The notes: generated by a model not told the origin, from the sequence alone. A DNA stretch of 64,000 bases from Candidatus Shapirobacteria bacterium (GCA_022837635.1 JALHFY010000001.1:160136-224135), one strand, 5' to 3'. Numbered from the stretch's first letter, positions 28,173 through 38,416 are shown. Translations and numbers: made by a program.

Positions 28173-28243
28173 TGCCCTGTCGTCTAATGGTAGGACATCA
28201 GCCTTTGGAGCTGAGTATTGTGGTTCGAATCCATGCAGGGCAA
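28173..28243 (+). tRNA. tRNA-Gln(TTG)
   Basis: TCAGC-CTTTGGA-GCTGA. Confidence 0.95.
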
Positions 28244-28251
28244 CAAAGAAA

Positions 28252-31200
28252 CTACCGACTCTCTTCCCTTTTTCTTCGATAAATTAGGAAAAGGAGAATA
28301 ATTACAACAGGAAGAATCAACCAAGGAGAAAAGTTGAATTTTTGTTTTTTAACGACAATATCTAAACGATGAATTTTAATCTCTGGATTATCTGAAAGGT
28401 TGATGTTTTGTTCACCTTGGTAATTATTGTAACTAATAATGACTTTATGATCTCCGGGTTCAACTTGATTAAATTCAGCAATACCCTCGGTATTGGTTAA
28501 GGCTTCTTGAACTTTGGAGTGAAGAGTAACTTTAGCATTTTCAATTGGATTGTCTTTAGTATCTACGACTTTAACTTGAACTTTGAGACCAGAGCCCGAT
28601 TTCGATGAAGATTCATCTTTATCCCCTGCTGAATGACAATTAATTTTAAGAATCCATCCGGGTTTAATAAAACTATTTTTTATGGAAGGATATTCATCAG
28701 AGTTTTGATCAATAATTTTTTGAAATTGATTACCACTACCAAGTAGTTGTCTGGCAATTGACCAGAGAGTGTCACCTGATTTGGTGATGTAGCTTTGACA
28801 ATCTGATGATGGAGTTTCTAGAGAATCATCATCAATTGCAGTCATATCCAGAGAGACAGTTTCTAGTTGATTAAAACTAAGAAGAGAATGAGTGGTGGCA
28901 GAAATCTCATTAGACCAATCACCAGTGGCACAACCATTGGCAGCCTTAATACGGAAGTAATAAGTGGTATTGGGAGATAAGTGATTAACTAAATAGCTCA
29001 TTGAATCTGAAGAGTTAACTCCAAGATTTTGAGAACCATAGGGATAAGAACCGGATTTAGTGCCATATTGAAGAATGTATTTTTCTACTGGTTTATCAGC
29101 CGGACGGAAAGACAAAAGAATACTGTGGGCACCCTTACTGACAGCACTATAGATGACAGGCGGAGTCTTACCTGGAGCTTGATCATGACATTCTGAAGAA
29201 CTAGAAGAATCTGAATTGGAAGTGGAGTTGGAAGAATCAGGAGTGGTTTCTGCTTGTCGAGATAAATTTTGGATGACAGTAGTGGTATTGAGGTAGTCTG
29301 ATTGAGTTAGGATAACTACGGGTGATTTGTCGATGATATTAGAAAGGTTAAAGCTTTGACTCCATCTACCATTGATACAGCTAGGATTTTCTTTAATAGA
29401 GACGATAGTAATGCTGATTGGATTTAATTCTAGATGAGAGGAGCAAGTTCCACTGAGAGTGTAATTAGATTTATTGCTGGTAGTGATGGGGGGTGGCGTG
29501 TCCAGAGTGAGGATTGGGGCTTGGGTATCGGCTTGTAATCCAAAGGCGCGTTCGGTGATGTTGCCATAGGTATCTAGTTGAGAAGCAGTAACATTGATAT
29601 TGGTGAGGTGAGGATATGAGAGATTGGTGATGGTTTTTTTCCAAGTATTATCAGCTTGACATTCAGTGGTGAAGGTAGAGACGGGATTAATATCATCATT
29701 CCACTTGAGAGTAATAGTGGTAGGTTCGGTGGAGGTGCAGGTGCCAGTGAGAGTGTAAGTACTTTGATTGGCGCTGGTTAGGTTTTTAGGAGTATTGAAA
29801 GTTAGATTGGGACCGGTGGTTTTTTTGAACAAAGTTTTGCTGGCAGTGTCAGTATTGTTAGCAATATCAGTTTGGGTGATTTCTACAGCAATATCTCCAT
29901 CTGAATAGGTAGAAAGATCGGCTAATAAAGTCCATTCACCAGTGGCATTACAAGTGGTAATGTATGGTTGTGTGTTTATGGTAATGGTGGGATTATTATC
30001 ATCGGCAGTGCAGGTACCAGATAGAGCATAATTAATTTGGTTATGACTATTAATGACTGCGGGATTATCTTCTATTGTGACTGTGGGTGGAGTCTTGTCG
30101 ACAATAAAATTTTCTTCTTTTGTAGAAGAATTTCTAGCTTTATCTTTGGCCTCGATGACTAACTTACCTGAGCTGTTGATAGTTAGAGTACAGTTGACTA
30201 TAGATTTATCATCATTGTCTGTATCACAGACTATTTGATTGTTCACTATACCAGCTGTTGTGTCTTGATGTATTGAAATATCGTTTGCAAAAAGATCAAC
30301 ATTATCAGTAATGGTAACAGTGACATCAATATCTTCGTTTTTGATTTTAGTAGGTGCAGAGATGATTATTTTTGGATATTCTGTATCATAAAAATATTTT
30401 TGTAGGTTTTCTCCTCTTTGGTTACCTGTTTCGGTAGCGTAAACTTGAAGCATACCTGTTTTTTGAATACCTGAGATCTCACAGGTGACAGGAGAATTGT
30501 ATGGTGGTCCTTTAACTATATTGTCATTTTGATCTTTACATTGAGTGATTGATGCTCCTATACTAGATTCGCCGGTGAGTCCAATACCAATTACTTGTTT
30601 ACTTGGATCGGATGTAGTAATTTTTACAGTGGTATCATTGATGGGTTCATTACTAATGATAGTGGGAGCATTTATTTCAATTACTGGTGGGAAGATGATT
30701 CTTCGAGAGGTGGTATTACCGGTAGTATCGTATGCTTTAATTTCTACCATATGGGGAGTTTCATCAGGGTCTAAATTAAGTGGATGACTTTGAAGATCAA
30801 GATTGGGATCATCAGGGATTGTGACGGAGGTACCAACACCTAATTCATTTTTGAAGTAAATTTGATATTTATCTACCCCGGTAGGGTCATCAGCCTTAAA
30901 AAGAACGGTTGGGTTATTTACACCAGATGCTCCAATACTAATATTGGCTATGGTAAAGGTAGGACCTAATGTATCTATGATGTATCCAGGTTCTTCAGCG
31001 GTAGAAGAATAACCAGCCTTATCAGTAGCTTTGAGAACTAAGGTACCAGAGGTAGTAACATCGAGTGTACATTCTATTTCTAAGTGAGTTTCGGAAGTAG
31101 GATTTTCATAACTATTTTCATATGGAAAACCGGTTGATGAAGTGTTTTTAATGGCGATACATGTCATGTGTTCTATGTCAGCAGCAGCGACACTTAATGC

Positions 31201-32856
31201 ATCCAATTCCACAGTATTGATGGAGTATCTGTCACTAACTCGAAATTTTATTTCTACGGGGCCTTTGGAAACTTTGTCTCCCGGTGAGGTAATTTGAATT
31301 ACTGGGCCAACATCATCAATGTCTTTGACGGTAATGATAAAGATTTGTTCTGAATAAAGTCCGGTTGGGTCGGTGGCTCGTATCCTGATAGTATATTTGT
31401 TCCTATCATTTGGATCAGCTGAGCCTTGAGGATTTTCAAAGTCAGGTGCTTGAGAGAAAGTTAAAAGACCACTAGTGGTATCGAGAGCAAATTTGAGATT
31501 GTCTCCATCGCCTTCACCGGAGACAAAAGTGTAAACAACAGCATCACTTTCATCAGTTGATGAAATAGTGCCTACTTCGGTGGTATTTTCGTAAATTTCT
31601 GTTTCAGATAAAGTTAGGTCTTGTGGTGGACAATTTGACCCAGCGTCGGTAATTGTCCAGCTGTTTGGTGAATTGGTCAAGGTGTTGTGAGCTGTTTTGG
31701 CGGCGCAATAGTTGATGCCAGCTGCACCAAAAGTAACGTTTGATTTTATAACAGGCTGTCCAGCCCAACTATTTAATAGAGCATCATAATGTTCGGTGTT
31801 TAGACCGGAGTTACTTAGCATGTTATTAGCATTATTGAGAGATGAAATATTAAAATTACTAATATCCTGATTAAATGAACTAGTACCCAAAAACATTCCT
31901 GTCATATTGTTTATACTGCTAGTATTCCAGTTAAGGGCGCCACTACTTTCTCCTGGTTCTTTGCCATTATTAAACTTGGTGGCATCCCAAAACATATAAT
32001 TCGTTCGGAGCACACTAGAAGTGTTCCAACCCCCTATTGGTTGATTAAAAACTTTGGTACGAGCAAACATATATGTCATATCCGTAACTTTTTCAGTATT
32101 CCACTTGCTAATATCTTGATTGAAGGCTTCGGCTACATAGAACATAGCACTCATGTTTGTAACATTTCCAGTCTTCCAATTTTCTATTGGTTGATTAAAA
32201 GCTTTAGCACTTCTAAACATGCCAGACATATTTTTCACATTGTCAGTTTTCCAATTTCCAATTGGAGCATTAAACTTAGGACTATTTAAGAACATATTTG
32301 ACATATCAGTCACATTGATAGTATCCCAAGTATTCATATATTCATTACCAGTAAAGTTAGCCAAACCACTGAAAGCGCCAGACATATTAGTGACGGCTGA
32401 TAAATTGGGTGCATCAGAAGCATTTAGTTGCATATTTCTCATGCCATAAAAAGCTGATTCAAAACTGAACCATGGAATATATCCCCATTGTTTGATTTTT
32501 AAGAGTTTAGCTTTTTCCTCAGTGGTTAAGCCGGGAGCATAGAAAGCTAAAGGAGATCCTGATCTGATACAGACATTAAAAGTGCCAGTTTTTTGATAAT
32601 CATGAGTGTATTTAGCCTCAGTAATTGGTACATAATTACCGTCACATTCCCAGGAAACCAGATAATAAGATGCCTCAATAGCCTTTTGAAAATTTAAGGT
32701 AATGGTGGTCGATCCATCCCCGTTAATATTGGTTTGCCATTGGGTGACAAAGTCTTGAGAGTCGTAGGCATGGGCGGGATGTAGATAAAATAACTGATGG
32801 ATGAAAATTGAGACTAAAAGACCAAGTCCAGTGAGAATAGTTTTGATCTTGGTCAT
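28252..32856 (-). CDS. Large surface protein: BspA/DUF285 repeats, cadherin-like, Ig-like, FN3, LysM, C-terminal TM anchor
   Basis: FNQPIENWKTGNVTNMSAMF repeats; APDFENP..NKYTIRIRATD; LSPNTTYYFRIKA; SGDTLWSIA; TM followed by RRKR. Confidence 0.88.
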   Translation of the reverse strand: MTKIKTILTGLGLLVSIFIHQLFYLHPAHAYDSQDFVTQWQTNINGDGSTTITLNFQKAIEASYYLVSWECDGNYVPITEAKYTHDYQKTGTFNVCIRSGSPLAFYAPGLTTEEKAKLLKIKQWGYIPWFSFESAFYGMRNMQLNASDAPNLSAVTNMSGAFSGLANFTGNEYMNTWDTINVTDMSNMFLNSPKFNAPIGNWKTDNVKNMSGMFRSAKAFNQPIENWKTGNVTNMSAMFYVAEAFNQDISKWNTEKVTDMTYMFARTKVFNQPIGGWNTSSVLRTNYMFWDATKFNNGKEPGESSGALNWNTSSINNMTGMFLGTSSFNQDISNFNISSLNNANNMLSNSGLNTEHYDALLNSWAGQPVIKSNVTFGAAGINYCAAKTAHNTLTNSPNSWTITDAGSNCPPQDLTLSETEIYENTTEVGTISSTDESDAVVYTFVSGEGDGDNLKFALDTTSGLLTFSQAPDFENPQGSADPNDRNKYTIRIRATDPTGLYSEQIFIITVKDIDDVGPVIQITSPGDKVSKGPVEIKFRVSDRYSINTVELDALSVAAADIEHMTCIAIKNTSSTGFPYENSYENPTSETHLEIECTLDVTTSGTLVLKATDKAGYSSTAEEPGYIIDTLGPTFTIANISIGASGVNNPTVLFKADDPTGVDKYQIYFKNELGVGTSVTIPDDPNLDLQSHPLNLDPDETPHMVEIKAYDTTGNTTSRRIIFPPVIEINAPTIISNEPINDTTVKITTSDPSKQVIGIGLTGESSIGASITQCKDQNDNIVKGPPYNSPVTCEISGIQKTGMLQVYATETGNQRGENLQKYFYDTEYPKIIISAPTKIKNEDIDVTVTITDNVDLFANDISIHQDTTAGIVNNQIVCDTDNDDKSIVNCTLTINSSGKLVIEAKDKARNSSTKEENFIVDKTPPTVTIEDNPAVINSHNQINYALSGTCTADDNNPTITINTQPYITTCNATGEWTLLADLSTYSDGDIAVEITQTDIANNTDTASKTLFKKTTGPNLTFNTPKNLTSANQSTYTLTGTCTSTEPTTITLKWNDDINPVSTFTTECQADNTWKKTITNLSYPHLTNINVTASQLDTYGNITERAFGLQADTQAPILTLDTPPPITTSNKSNYTLSGTCSSHLELNPISITIVSIKENPSCINGRWSQSFNLSNIIDKSPVVILTQSDYLNTTTVIQNLSRQAETTPDSSNSTSNSDSSSSSECHDQAPGKTPPVIYSAVSKGAHSILLSFRPADKPVEKYILQYGTKSGSYPYGSQNLGVNSSDSMSYLVNHLSPNTTYYFRIKAANGCATGDWSNEISATTHSLLSFNQLETVSLDMTAIDDDSLETPSSDCQSYITKSGDTLWSIARQLLGSGNQFQKIIDQNSDEYPSIKNSFIKPGWILKINCHSAGDKDESSSKSGSGLKVQVKVVDTKDNPIENAKVTLHSKVQEALTNTEGIAEFNQVEPGDHKVIISYNNYQGEQNINLSDNPEIKIHRLDIVVKKQKFNFSPWLILPVVIILLFLIYRRKREESR

Positions 32857-32934
32857 AGATAATAAAGATTATATAGAAAAAATAAATTAATGCTATGATA
32901 GTAAGTGAATTAATTGTTAAAAAAAGGAGATTTT

Positions 32935-33324
32935 ATGGACGTAAAAGCATTTGTAGTTAATATCGAAGAAGAAACTTTAGGTAATGATAATTTTAGAAAA
33001 GTACTGTGGACTGGTCAACACAGTCAATTAGTTTTAATGAGTCTGAATCCAGGTGAAGATATTGGGGCGGAGGTACATGAAATTGTGGATCAATTTTTTA
33101 GGGTTGATGAAGGTGAAGGTAAGGTAATAGCAGACGGGCAGGAATATGAGATTAGAGACGGTTATGCAGTCTGTATTCCAGCCGGAACCGAACATAACAT
33201 TGTCAATACTTCAGCTGATAAAAAATTAAAACTTTACACCATCTACAGTCCGGCTCATCACAAAGACAAAGTGATTCATGTCACTAAGGCTGAGGCCATG
33301 GCCGATACTGAAGACCATATCTAA
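32935..33324 (+). CDS. Cupin domain protein
   Basis: GAEVH..VDQFF..EGEG, IPAGTEHN; AAGGAG SD upstream. Confidence 0.88.
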   Translation: MDVKAFVVNIEEETLGNDNFRKVLWTGQHSQLVLMSLNPGEDIGAEVHEIVDQFFRVDEGEGKVIADGQEYEIRDGYAVCIPAGTEHNIVNTSADKKLKLYTIYSPAHHKDKVIHVTKAEAMADTEDHI

Positions 33325-33476
33325 TTTGGGGCGACAGGCAGAGTCAAGGTGGAGTTTTCCAGGCGGGTTAAAACTTGCCAGTCGATGCTTTGGTAAAAAA
33401 TCCAACCGGCATAACTAAGGAGAATTAAAAAGGTAATAATTAGAAAGTAACCTAGAGGGGTTATTTTGCTTTTCAT
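33321..33476 (-). CDS. Small single-pass membrane protein (51 aa, not in ORF track)
   Basis: MKSKITPLGYFLIITFLILLSYAGWIFYQSIDWQVLTRLENSTLTLPVAPN; starts directly after the upstream stop. Confidence 0.7.
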   Translation of the reverse strand: MKSKITPLGYFLIITFLILLSYAGWIFYQSIDWQVLTRLENSTLTLPVAPN

Positions 33477-34802
33477 TTAAGTTTTTCGAGAAATAGTGTA
33501 ATAAGTGGGATATTTAAGAAAAATAGCGGGACACTCTTCCAAAAGAATTTTTTGAAATTCTTGATAGATTCTTTTGCGTTCTTGAACATCAAAACTTTGT
33601 CTCCCCTCCTCTAAGAGTTTGTCTATAGGTGGATGATCCAGGTGAGTTAAATTAGTTTTTTGTTGAGTTGAGTGCCAGAAAACATATTGGTCGGGATCGG
33701 TAGGAATACTGCCGTAGGCCAGGATAACATCATAGTTTTGTAAATCAATTTGAGTATCGATATGGGCATCAACATTAATATTGAGGATTTCACTCCAAGC
33801 TTTTTTAATCTCGTCGGCCAAAGACACCAGACGTTGATCATTATAAACTAAACTAAGATTTTCGATTTCATTATTTTTGAAAAGTTCTTTGGCCCGGGCT
33901 GGGTCATAATTATAAGCTTTAACTTCGGGATTGTAAGCCCAGGATGAGGGAGAGATGGGAGAAATGGCGCGATCATTAAGATCATTAGTTTTAGGGGTGG
34001 CGTAGGCCAGGGCTTGACGAAGTGGTTTAGAGGCCAATTTTTTAGTGTTAATAAAAAGAGCAATATAGCGTTCATCAGTGCGAACATCTTTACTCAGGTT
34101 GGTGTTGGGCCAATTAGTTAATTCTTGAGGGTCATTGGTCAGGGTGATTTGGTTGACTTCTCCAATCTTAAAAGCATTAATTAGATCGTTTTCATTTTGG
34201 TAAAAACGGTAAAGAATAGAATTATCGGTTGATTTAAGAAGAAGAGTTTTAAGATTACCTTCGCTATAGCGATATCTTTTAACGACATGAGTACCTAGAC
34301 CATCAAAGTTTTTCTTAATTAAACTTTTGCTGAGGGTGGATAAAATCGGACTAAAAGTAGTATTACTTTTAACGACAACATGGGTAGAGTCGGGATAGGA
34401 AAATTCTAGGCCGGGAATCTGATAATTTATATCTTTGGCGGTTAGTTTTTTGCCTCGGTGCCAATTGAGCTGAGAATCAATCTCGAAAGTGTATTGATCG
34501 TGATCAGGGCTGATATCTAGGTTTTTAACTAAGGGTGAGGTGGAAAAATGGCCGTTGTTATCGCTTTGAGTCAGACCATAGGAAATTTTTTGAGAAATAT
34601 GTTCAGGAAGATTATTAAGAGAATATAATCCTTCCAGACCTATTTTTTGGATGGGTGGATTTAGTTTAGTGTAAAAAGTCGATAATTGTTGTCTAAAAAT
34701 TACAGAAGCTGAAATTAAAATAATGAAGGTTAGAAAGAGTATCCAATGGCGCTTGAGATAAAGAAGAAGTAGTTCTAATTTAAATCTGAGTTTGGTGGGC
34801 AT
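33477..34802 (-). CDS. ABC transporter substrate-binding protein, family 5 (OppA/DppA-like)
   Basis: WHRGKKLTAKDI, LRQALAYA, YDPARAKEL, IDKLLEEGR..ERKRIY; start MPTKL. Confidence 0.85.
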   Translation of the reverse strand: MPTKLRFKLELLLLYLKRHWILFLTFIILISASVIFRQQLSTFYTKLNPPIQKIGLEGLYSLNNLPEHISQKISYGLTQSDNNGHFSTSPLVKNLDISPDHDQYTFEIDSQLNWHRGKKLTAKDINYQIPGLEFSYPDSTHVVVKSNTTFSPILSTLSKSLIKKNFDGLGTHVVKRYRYSEGNLKTLLLKSTDNSILYRFYQNENDLINAFKIGEVNQITLTNDPQELTNWPNTNLSKDVRTDERYIALFINTKKLASKPLRQALAYATPKTNDLNDRAISPISPSSWAYNPEVKAYNYDPARAKELFKNNEIENLSLVYNDQRLVSLADEIKKAWSEILNINVDAHIDTQIDLQNYDVILAYGSIPTDPDQYVFWHSTQQKTNLTHLDHPPIDKLLEEGRQSFDVQERKRIYQEFQKILLEECPAIFLKYPTYYTISRKT

Positions 34803-35008
34803 TAAATTTGAGCTTGGACGATAGAGGAAATAAGAAAACAAACAATAAGAAAAATAGTCAGATTAAAGGTTAATTTTTCCCAACCTCTTTTTTCAGTGGG
34901 AATATCTGAAAGTGATTGGCTGTCACTGATACCTTTGGATTGCATAAAAATTAAGGTGATTAGGGCGATAGAGATAATGATTTGAATAATAGTTAAGGTT
35001 GATTTCAT
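34802..35008 (-). CDS. secG: Preprotein translocase subunit SecG
   Basis: IQIIISIALITLIFMQSKG...KRGWEKL, two-TM pattern. Confidence 0.8.
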   Translation of the reverse strand: MKSTLTIIQIIISIALITLIFMQSKGISDSQSLSDIPTEKRGWEKLTFNLTIFLIVCFLISSIVQAQI

Positions 35009-35370
35009 AGTTTTCTGAAAATATAAAGTAGGGTACTAATAAAAAAGGAGGTAAACAGATAGGCCCAAAAACCACTAAGGAAGTAATTAAAAACTGTCAG
35101 TGAAGAAACTTCAAAACCACTAATGAGATAGACGGCCAAATAAAGACCTAAAGTTTGAATAATAATTCTAACCAATCCTAGGGTGAGAACAGTGACCGGG
35201 AGGAGTAAGATTTTTAAGACTGGTTTGAGAATTAATTCAAAAATAGCCAGGACTAAAGAAACATAAATAATGGTTGGAAATTTTGGAGAAAAAGTGAGAT
35301 TACCAAAAAGTTCCTGATGAATAACTAGAGCAAAGCCTAGATAAAGACTGTATTTAAGAAATTTTTTCAT
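35005..35370 (-). CDS. Four-TM holin-like membrane protein (YvlD type)
   Basis: LKPVLKILLLPVTVLTLGL motif. Confidence 0.78.
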   Translation of the reverse strand: MKKFLKYSLYLGFALVIHQELFGNLTFSPKFPTIIYVSLVLAIFELILKPVLKILLLPVTVLTLGLVRIIIQTLGLYLAVYLISGFEVSSLTVFNYFLSGFWAYLFTSFFISTLLYIFRKL

Positions 35371-37099
35371 ATTTTTTACTAGTAATAATTATACCGCCTA
35401 AAGTGAGGATTATCAGACTGAGAATGATAAGTGTCCCTAGATTAATAAAATGAGGTAGATAAAGCAAGTTAGTGTTACTTTGACGATCTTCGCTATTTTT
35501 CAAAATAACTTTGATTTTTTGATAGTCAGGAGATAAGGTTTTCCAAAAACTCATTTTTGGTAGAGGTAGAGAGGAAGTGGAATAAGGGAGGATGGTGTCT
35601 AAATTATGGGTGTAGTTTAGGTTAGGGATGGAAAGATGAAGACCTTTAATGATATTAGGAGTGGGATTTTCTAGAAGGAGTTGATTATTTTTAAGAGAGA
35701 CTTGAGGTAGAGGTTGTTGACTAATAAGTTCTTCTTTAGCAAAAGTAATTTCAATGGATTTAGAGCCGTCAAGGGGAGGATAAGCGCCTGGAGGTAGAGG
35801 TTGTTGACTATCAAGTCCATGAGTAACAAAGGTAATATGATTGAGATCAAGGTTATCAAAATAATCGATACCTTCAGTAGTTTTTCCCCAAGTAGGATCA
35901 ATGGCTACCCATTGTTGTTTGGAAGAATCATAATATTCTGGCCAAGCATGAAGAATGTCGCCTTCGTCACCTACTGGTTTCATTTTAGGGTTGTTGGTAT
36001 AAGCAAAACCTTGGATTTCTCGAGCAGGAATTTTTTGTTGTCGAGCTAGGGTGATAAAAAGATCGGTAAATTCGGTACAAAGTGCGTTTTTAGGGTCATC
36101 AATAGCAGTTAAGGCACCTAAACGTCCGACTGAGGAATTAAAGCGGTCATAATTATAATCTAGAGTGTTGATAACGTAGTCATAGGTGGATTTAGGACCG
36201 GAAAGATTTTGGCTAATGGTAGCAAGTTTTGGATCAGAAACTGGCCAAAAAGTTTGGTCACGAAGATAGGGCTCAGGATTTGCTAAAGAAGAACCTAAAT
36301 TTAGTCCGGTTTTAACCTGTCCTGAGGCGATAATATTTAGTTCTTGACCGGCTTTAAGTTGATAGGTAGCCAACCAATTACCATCGGCATCAGGATAAAT
36401 GTTTTGTGGAGGTGGGTCGATTTGACGATAAAAGACAGCTTGATTATGAGTGTCCGGAATGATGGCGATTTCAGCCATAGCGGGAGAGGAATGGTTGTTT
36501 TTTAGAAAATAGCGGAGCTTAAAGTCAAAGAGCTGATAATTTCCTAAAATAATTAAATTAGTCTTGGTATTAGGGTGTTGGGTAAAAGAAATAAGATTTT
36601 GAGAGGATTCATTTTTGAAGGTAACTGGAATAGAGGCAAAAGAAAGAGGGCCGAAACTATCAGGGGTACTAATGTTAATTTCTGAAGATGAATTATCCGA
36701 AATTTGGGGAACAACTATTTCCCAGGTTTTCCCTTTGTGTTTGGCAAAATCTTTGATATGGTAGTTGAGATTAAGGTTATTTTGTTGATTGAGACCAACT
36801 TTGGGGTGATTGAGTTTTAATTTAATTTGGTGATGATAATCATCAGAGTGAAATTCATCCAAGATGTTATTAGTACCATCCGAAGCACTTAGTTTGTCAA
36901 TTTGATAACCACTAATGCTTAATTCATAACCTTGGAGATAAGTTTCAGAATTTAAGTTGGTAATTTGAATTTGGTGATTGACTGTAGCTTGGCCACTATG
37001 GTCAATATTATAATTAATAATCTCTTTGATTGAGTAATTATCATTGGCCAGTAAAGGTTGGGGAAAAAGCAAACTTAGAAATATTAAAAAAAGAAACAT
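35354..37099 (-). CDS. Transglutaminase-like domain surface protein
   Basis: CTEFTDLF, HAWPEYY, WVAIDPTW triad; signal peptide and C-terminal TM. Confidence 0.87.
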   Translation of the reverse strand: MFLFLIFLSLLFPQPLLANDNYSIKEIINYNIDHSGQATVNHQIQITNLNSETYLQGYELSISGYQIDKLSASDGTNNILDEFHSDDYHHQIKLKLNHPKVGLNQQNNLNLNYHIKDFAKHKGKTWEIVVPQISDNSSSEINISTPDSFGPLSFASIPVTFKNESSQNLISFTQHPNTKTNLIILGNYQLFDFKLRYFLKNNHSSPAMAEIAIIPDTHNQAVFYRQIDPPPQNIYPDADGNWLATYQLKAGQELNIIASGQVKTGLNLGSSLANPEPYLRDQTFWPVSDPKLATISQNLSGPKSTYDYVINTLDYNYDRFNSSVGRLGALTAIDDPKNALCTEFTDLFITLARQQKIPAREIQGFAYTNNPKMKPVGDEGDILHAWPEYYDSSKQQWVAIDPTWGKTTEGIDYFDNLDLNHITFVTHGLDSQQPLPPGAYPPLDGSKSIEITFAKEELISQQPLPQVSLKNNQLLLENPTPNIIKGLHLSIPNLNYTHNLDTILPYSTSSLPLPKMSFWKTLSPDYQKIKVILKNSEDRQSNTNLLYLPHFINLGTLIILSLIILTLGGIIITSKKYEKIS

Positions 37100-37125
37100 A
37101 ATTTAATATTAGCATTAGAAAAAGA

Positions 37126-37153
37126 TTGACTTCGGGTATTGTTCGTGTATTAT
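37126..37153 (+). promoter_or_regulatory. lexA promoter with a TTCGG-N6-TTCGT direct repeat (candidate operator)
   Basis: TTGACT-N16-TATTAT; the repeat occupies 37131-37146. Confidence 0.55.
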
Positions 37154-37159
37154 AAAGAC

Positions 37160-37774
37160 ATGCCAGCAATAGTTTATAAAAGACAAAAAGAAATTTTAGA
37201 TTTAATTACTAAATCTATTGATAAATATGGTTATGCACCGACATTAACTGAAATTGCCCAAGATTTGGGATTATCATCACTAGCTACGGTTCATGAACAT
37301 TTGACGGCTTTGGAAAAGAAAGGTCTAATTAGACGCTATCGAGGAGCGGTTAGAGGTATAGAGCTATTAGAAACTGAAAAGAAACAGGAAGACAATGTCG
37401 AATTGCCAGTATTGGGATTTATTGCTTGTGGAGAGCCGATTGAACCATATACGGATCCGAATGCAACCTTGTTGGTGTCTTCATCTTTAGTGAGACCTGG
37501 AGATAAGTCTTTTGTCTTGCAAGCCAAGGGTGATTCAATGATTGATGATGGGATTTTGAATGGTGATTATGTGGTAATCAGAGAACAGGCAGAAGCTAGA
37601 AATGGAGATATTGTAGTGGCAGTGTTAAAGAATGGTTTTGCTACTTTGAAACGTTATTATCAGGAAGCTAATAGAATTCGTTTACAGCCAGCTAATTCAG
37701 CCATGAGTCCGATGTATGTGACCGATGTCAGTATCAGAGGTAAGGTGGTGGCAGTGATTAGACAGTTTAATTAA
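37160..37774 (+). CDS. lexA: LexA repressor
   Basis: GYAPTLTEIA HTH, IACG cleavage site, GDSM, ATLK. Confidence 0.95.
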   Translation: MPAIVYKRQKEILDLITKSIDKYGYAPTLTEIAQDLGLSSLATVHEHLTALEKKGLIRRYRGAVRGIELLETEKKQEDNVELPVLGFIACGEPIEPYTDPNATLLVSSSLVRPGDKSFVLQAKGDSMIDDGILNGDYVVIREQAEARNGDIVVAVLKNGFATLKRYYQEANRIRLQPANSAMSPMYVTDVSIRGKVVAVIRQFN

Positions 37775-37777
37775 GCG

Positions 37778-38416
37778 ATGCTATACATCATATCGACGCC
37801 TATCGGTAATTTAAGAGATATAACTCTTAGAGCTATCGATATATTGACATATGTCGATATATTGTTGTGTGAAGATACTAGAAAAAGCGGATTGTTGTTA
37901 AAAGAGTTAGGGATTAAAAATAAACCAGAGTTAGTGTCTTTTTATGATGAAGTGGAGGCTCAAAAAATTCCGGAAATAATTAAATGGTTGGAATCAGGAA
38001 AAAAAGTGGGCCTAGTTTCTGATGCCGGTACTCCCCTACTGTCTGATCCGGGGTGGTTATTATTAAAAAGATGTCAGGAGAAGGGTATTCCTTATACGGC
38101 TGTACCGGGGGCAAGTGCAGTTATAAATGGACTGGTATTGTCGGGTTTGCCAATAGGGAGATTTTCTTATTTAGGTTTTTTACCCAAGAAAAGTGGAGAC
38201 AGAAGAAAAATACTAGAACAATATAAAAATATAGAAGGCAGTAAAGTGGTTTACGAGTCGCCATTAAGAGTAGAAAAATTAATTGAGGAAATTAAGGAGA
38301 TTTATGGAGAGAAAACAGAAATTAGAATTGTTCGGGAGATGACTAAAAAATTTGAGGAAGTGAAAAAAAATTGGGACGGGGATACTAGAGGTGAAGTGGT
38401 GGTAGTGTTTATTTAA
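37778..38416 (+). CDS. rsmI: 16S rRNA C1402 2'-O-methyltransferase
   Basis: TPIGNLRDITLRA, CEDTR, VSDAGTPLLSDPG, YESP, REMTKKFEE. Confidence 0.95.
   Translation: MLYIISTPIGNLRDITLRAIDILTYVDILLCEDTRKSGLLLKELGIKNKPELVSFYDEVEAQKIPEIIKWLESGKKVGLVSDAGTPLLSDPGWLLLKRCQEKGIPYTAVPGASAVINGLVLSGLPIGRFSYLGFLPKKSGDRRKILEQYKNIEGSKVVYESPLRVEKLIEEIKEIYGEKTEIRIVREMTKKFEEVKKNWDGDTRGEVVVVFI

Noticed and set aside
33328-33420. GGGGCGACAGG... as a tmRNA or ncRNA start
   Set aside because: No tRNA-like 3' end or tag frame; the region is explained by a 51-aa ORF on the minus strand.
35005-35370. Holin as evidence of a prophage
   Set aside because: YvlD-type proteins are common chromosomal genes and no phage genes are nearby.
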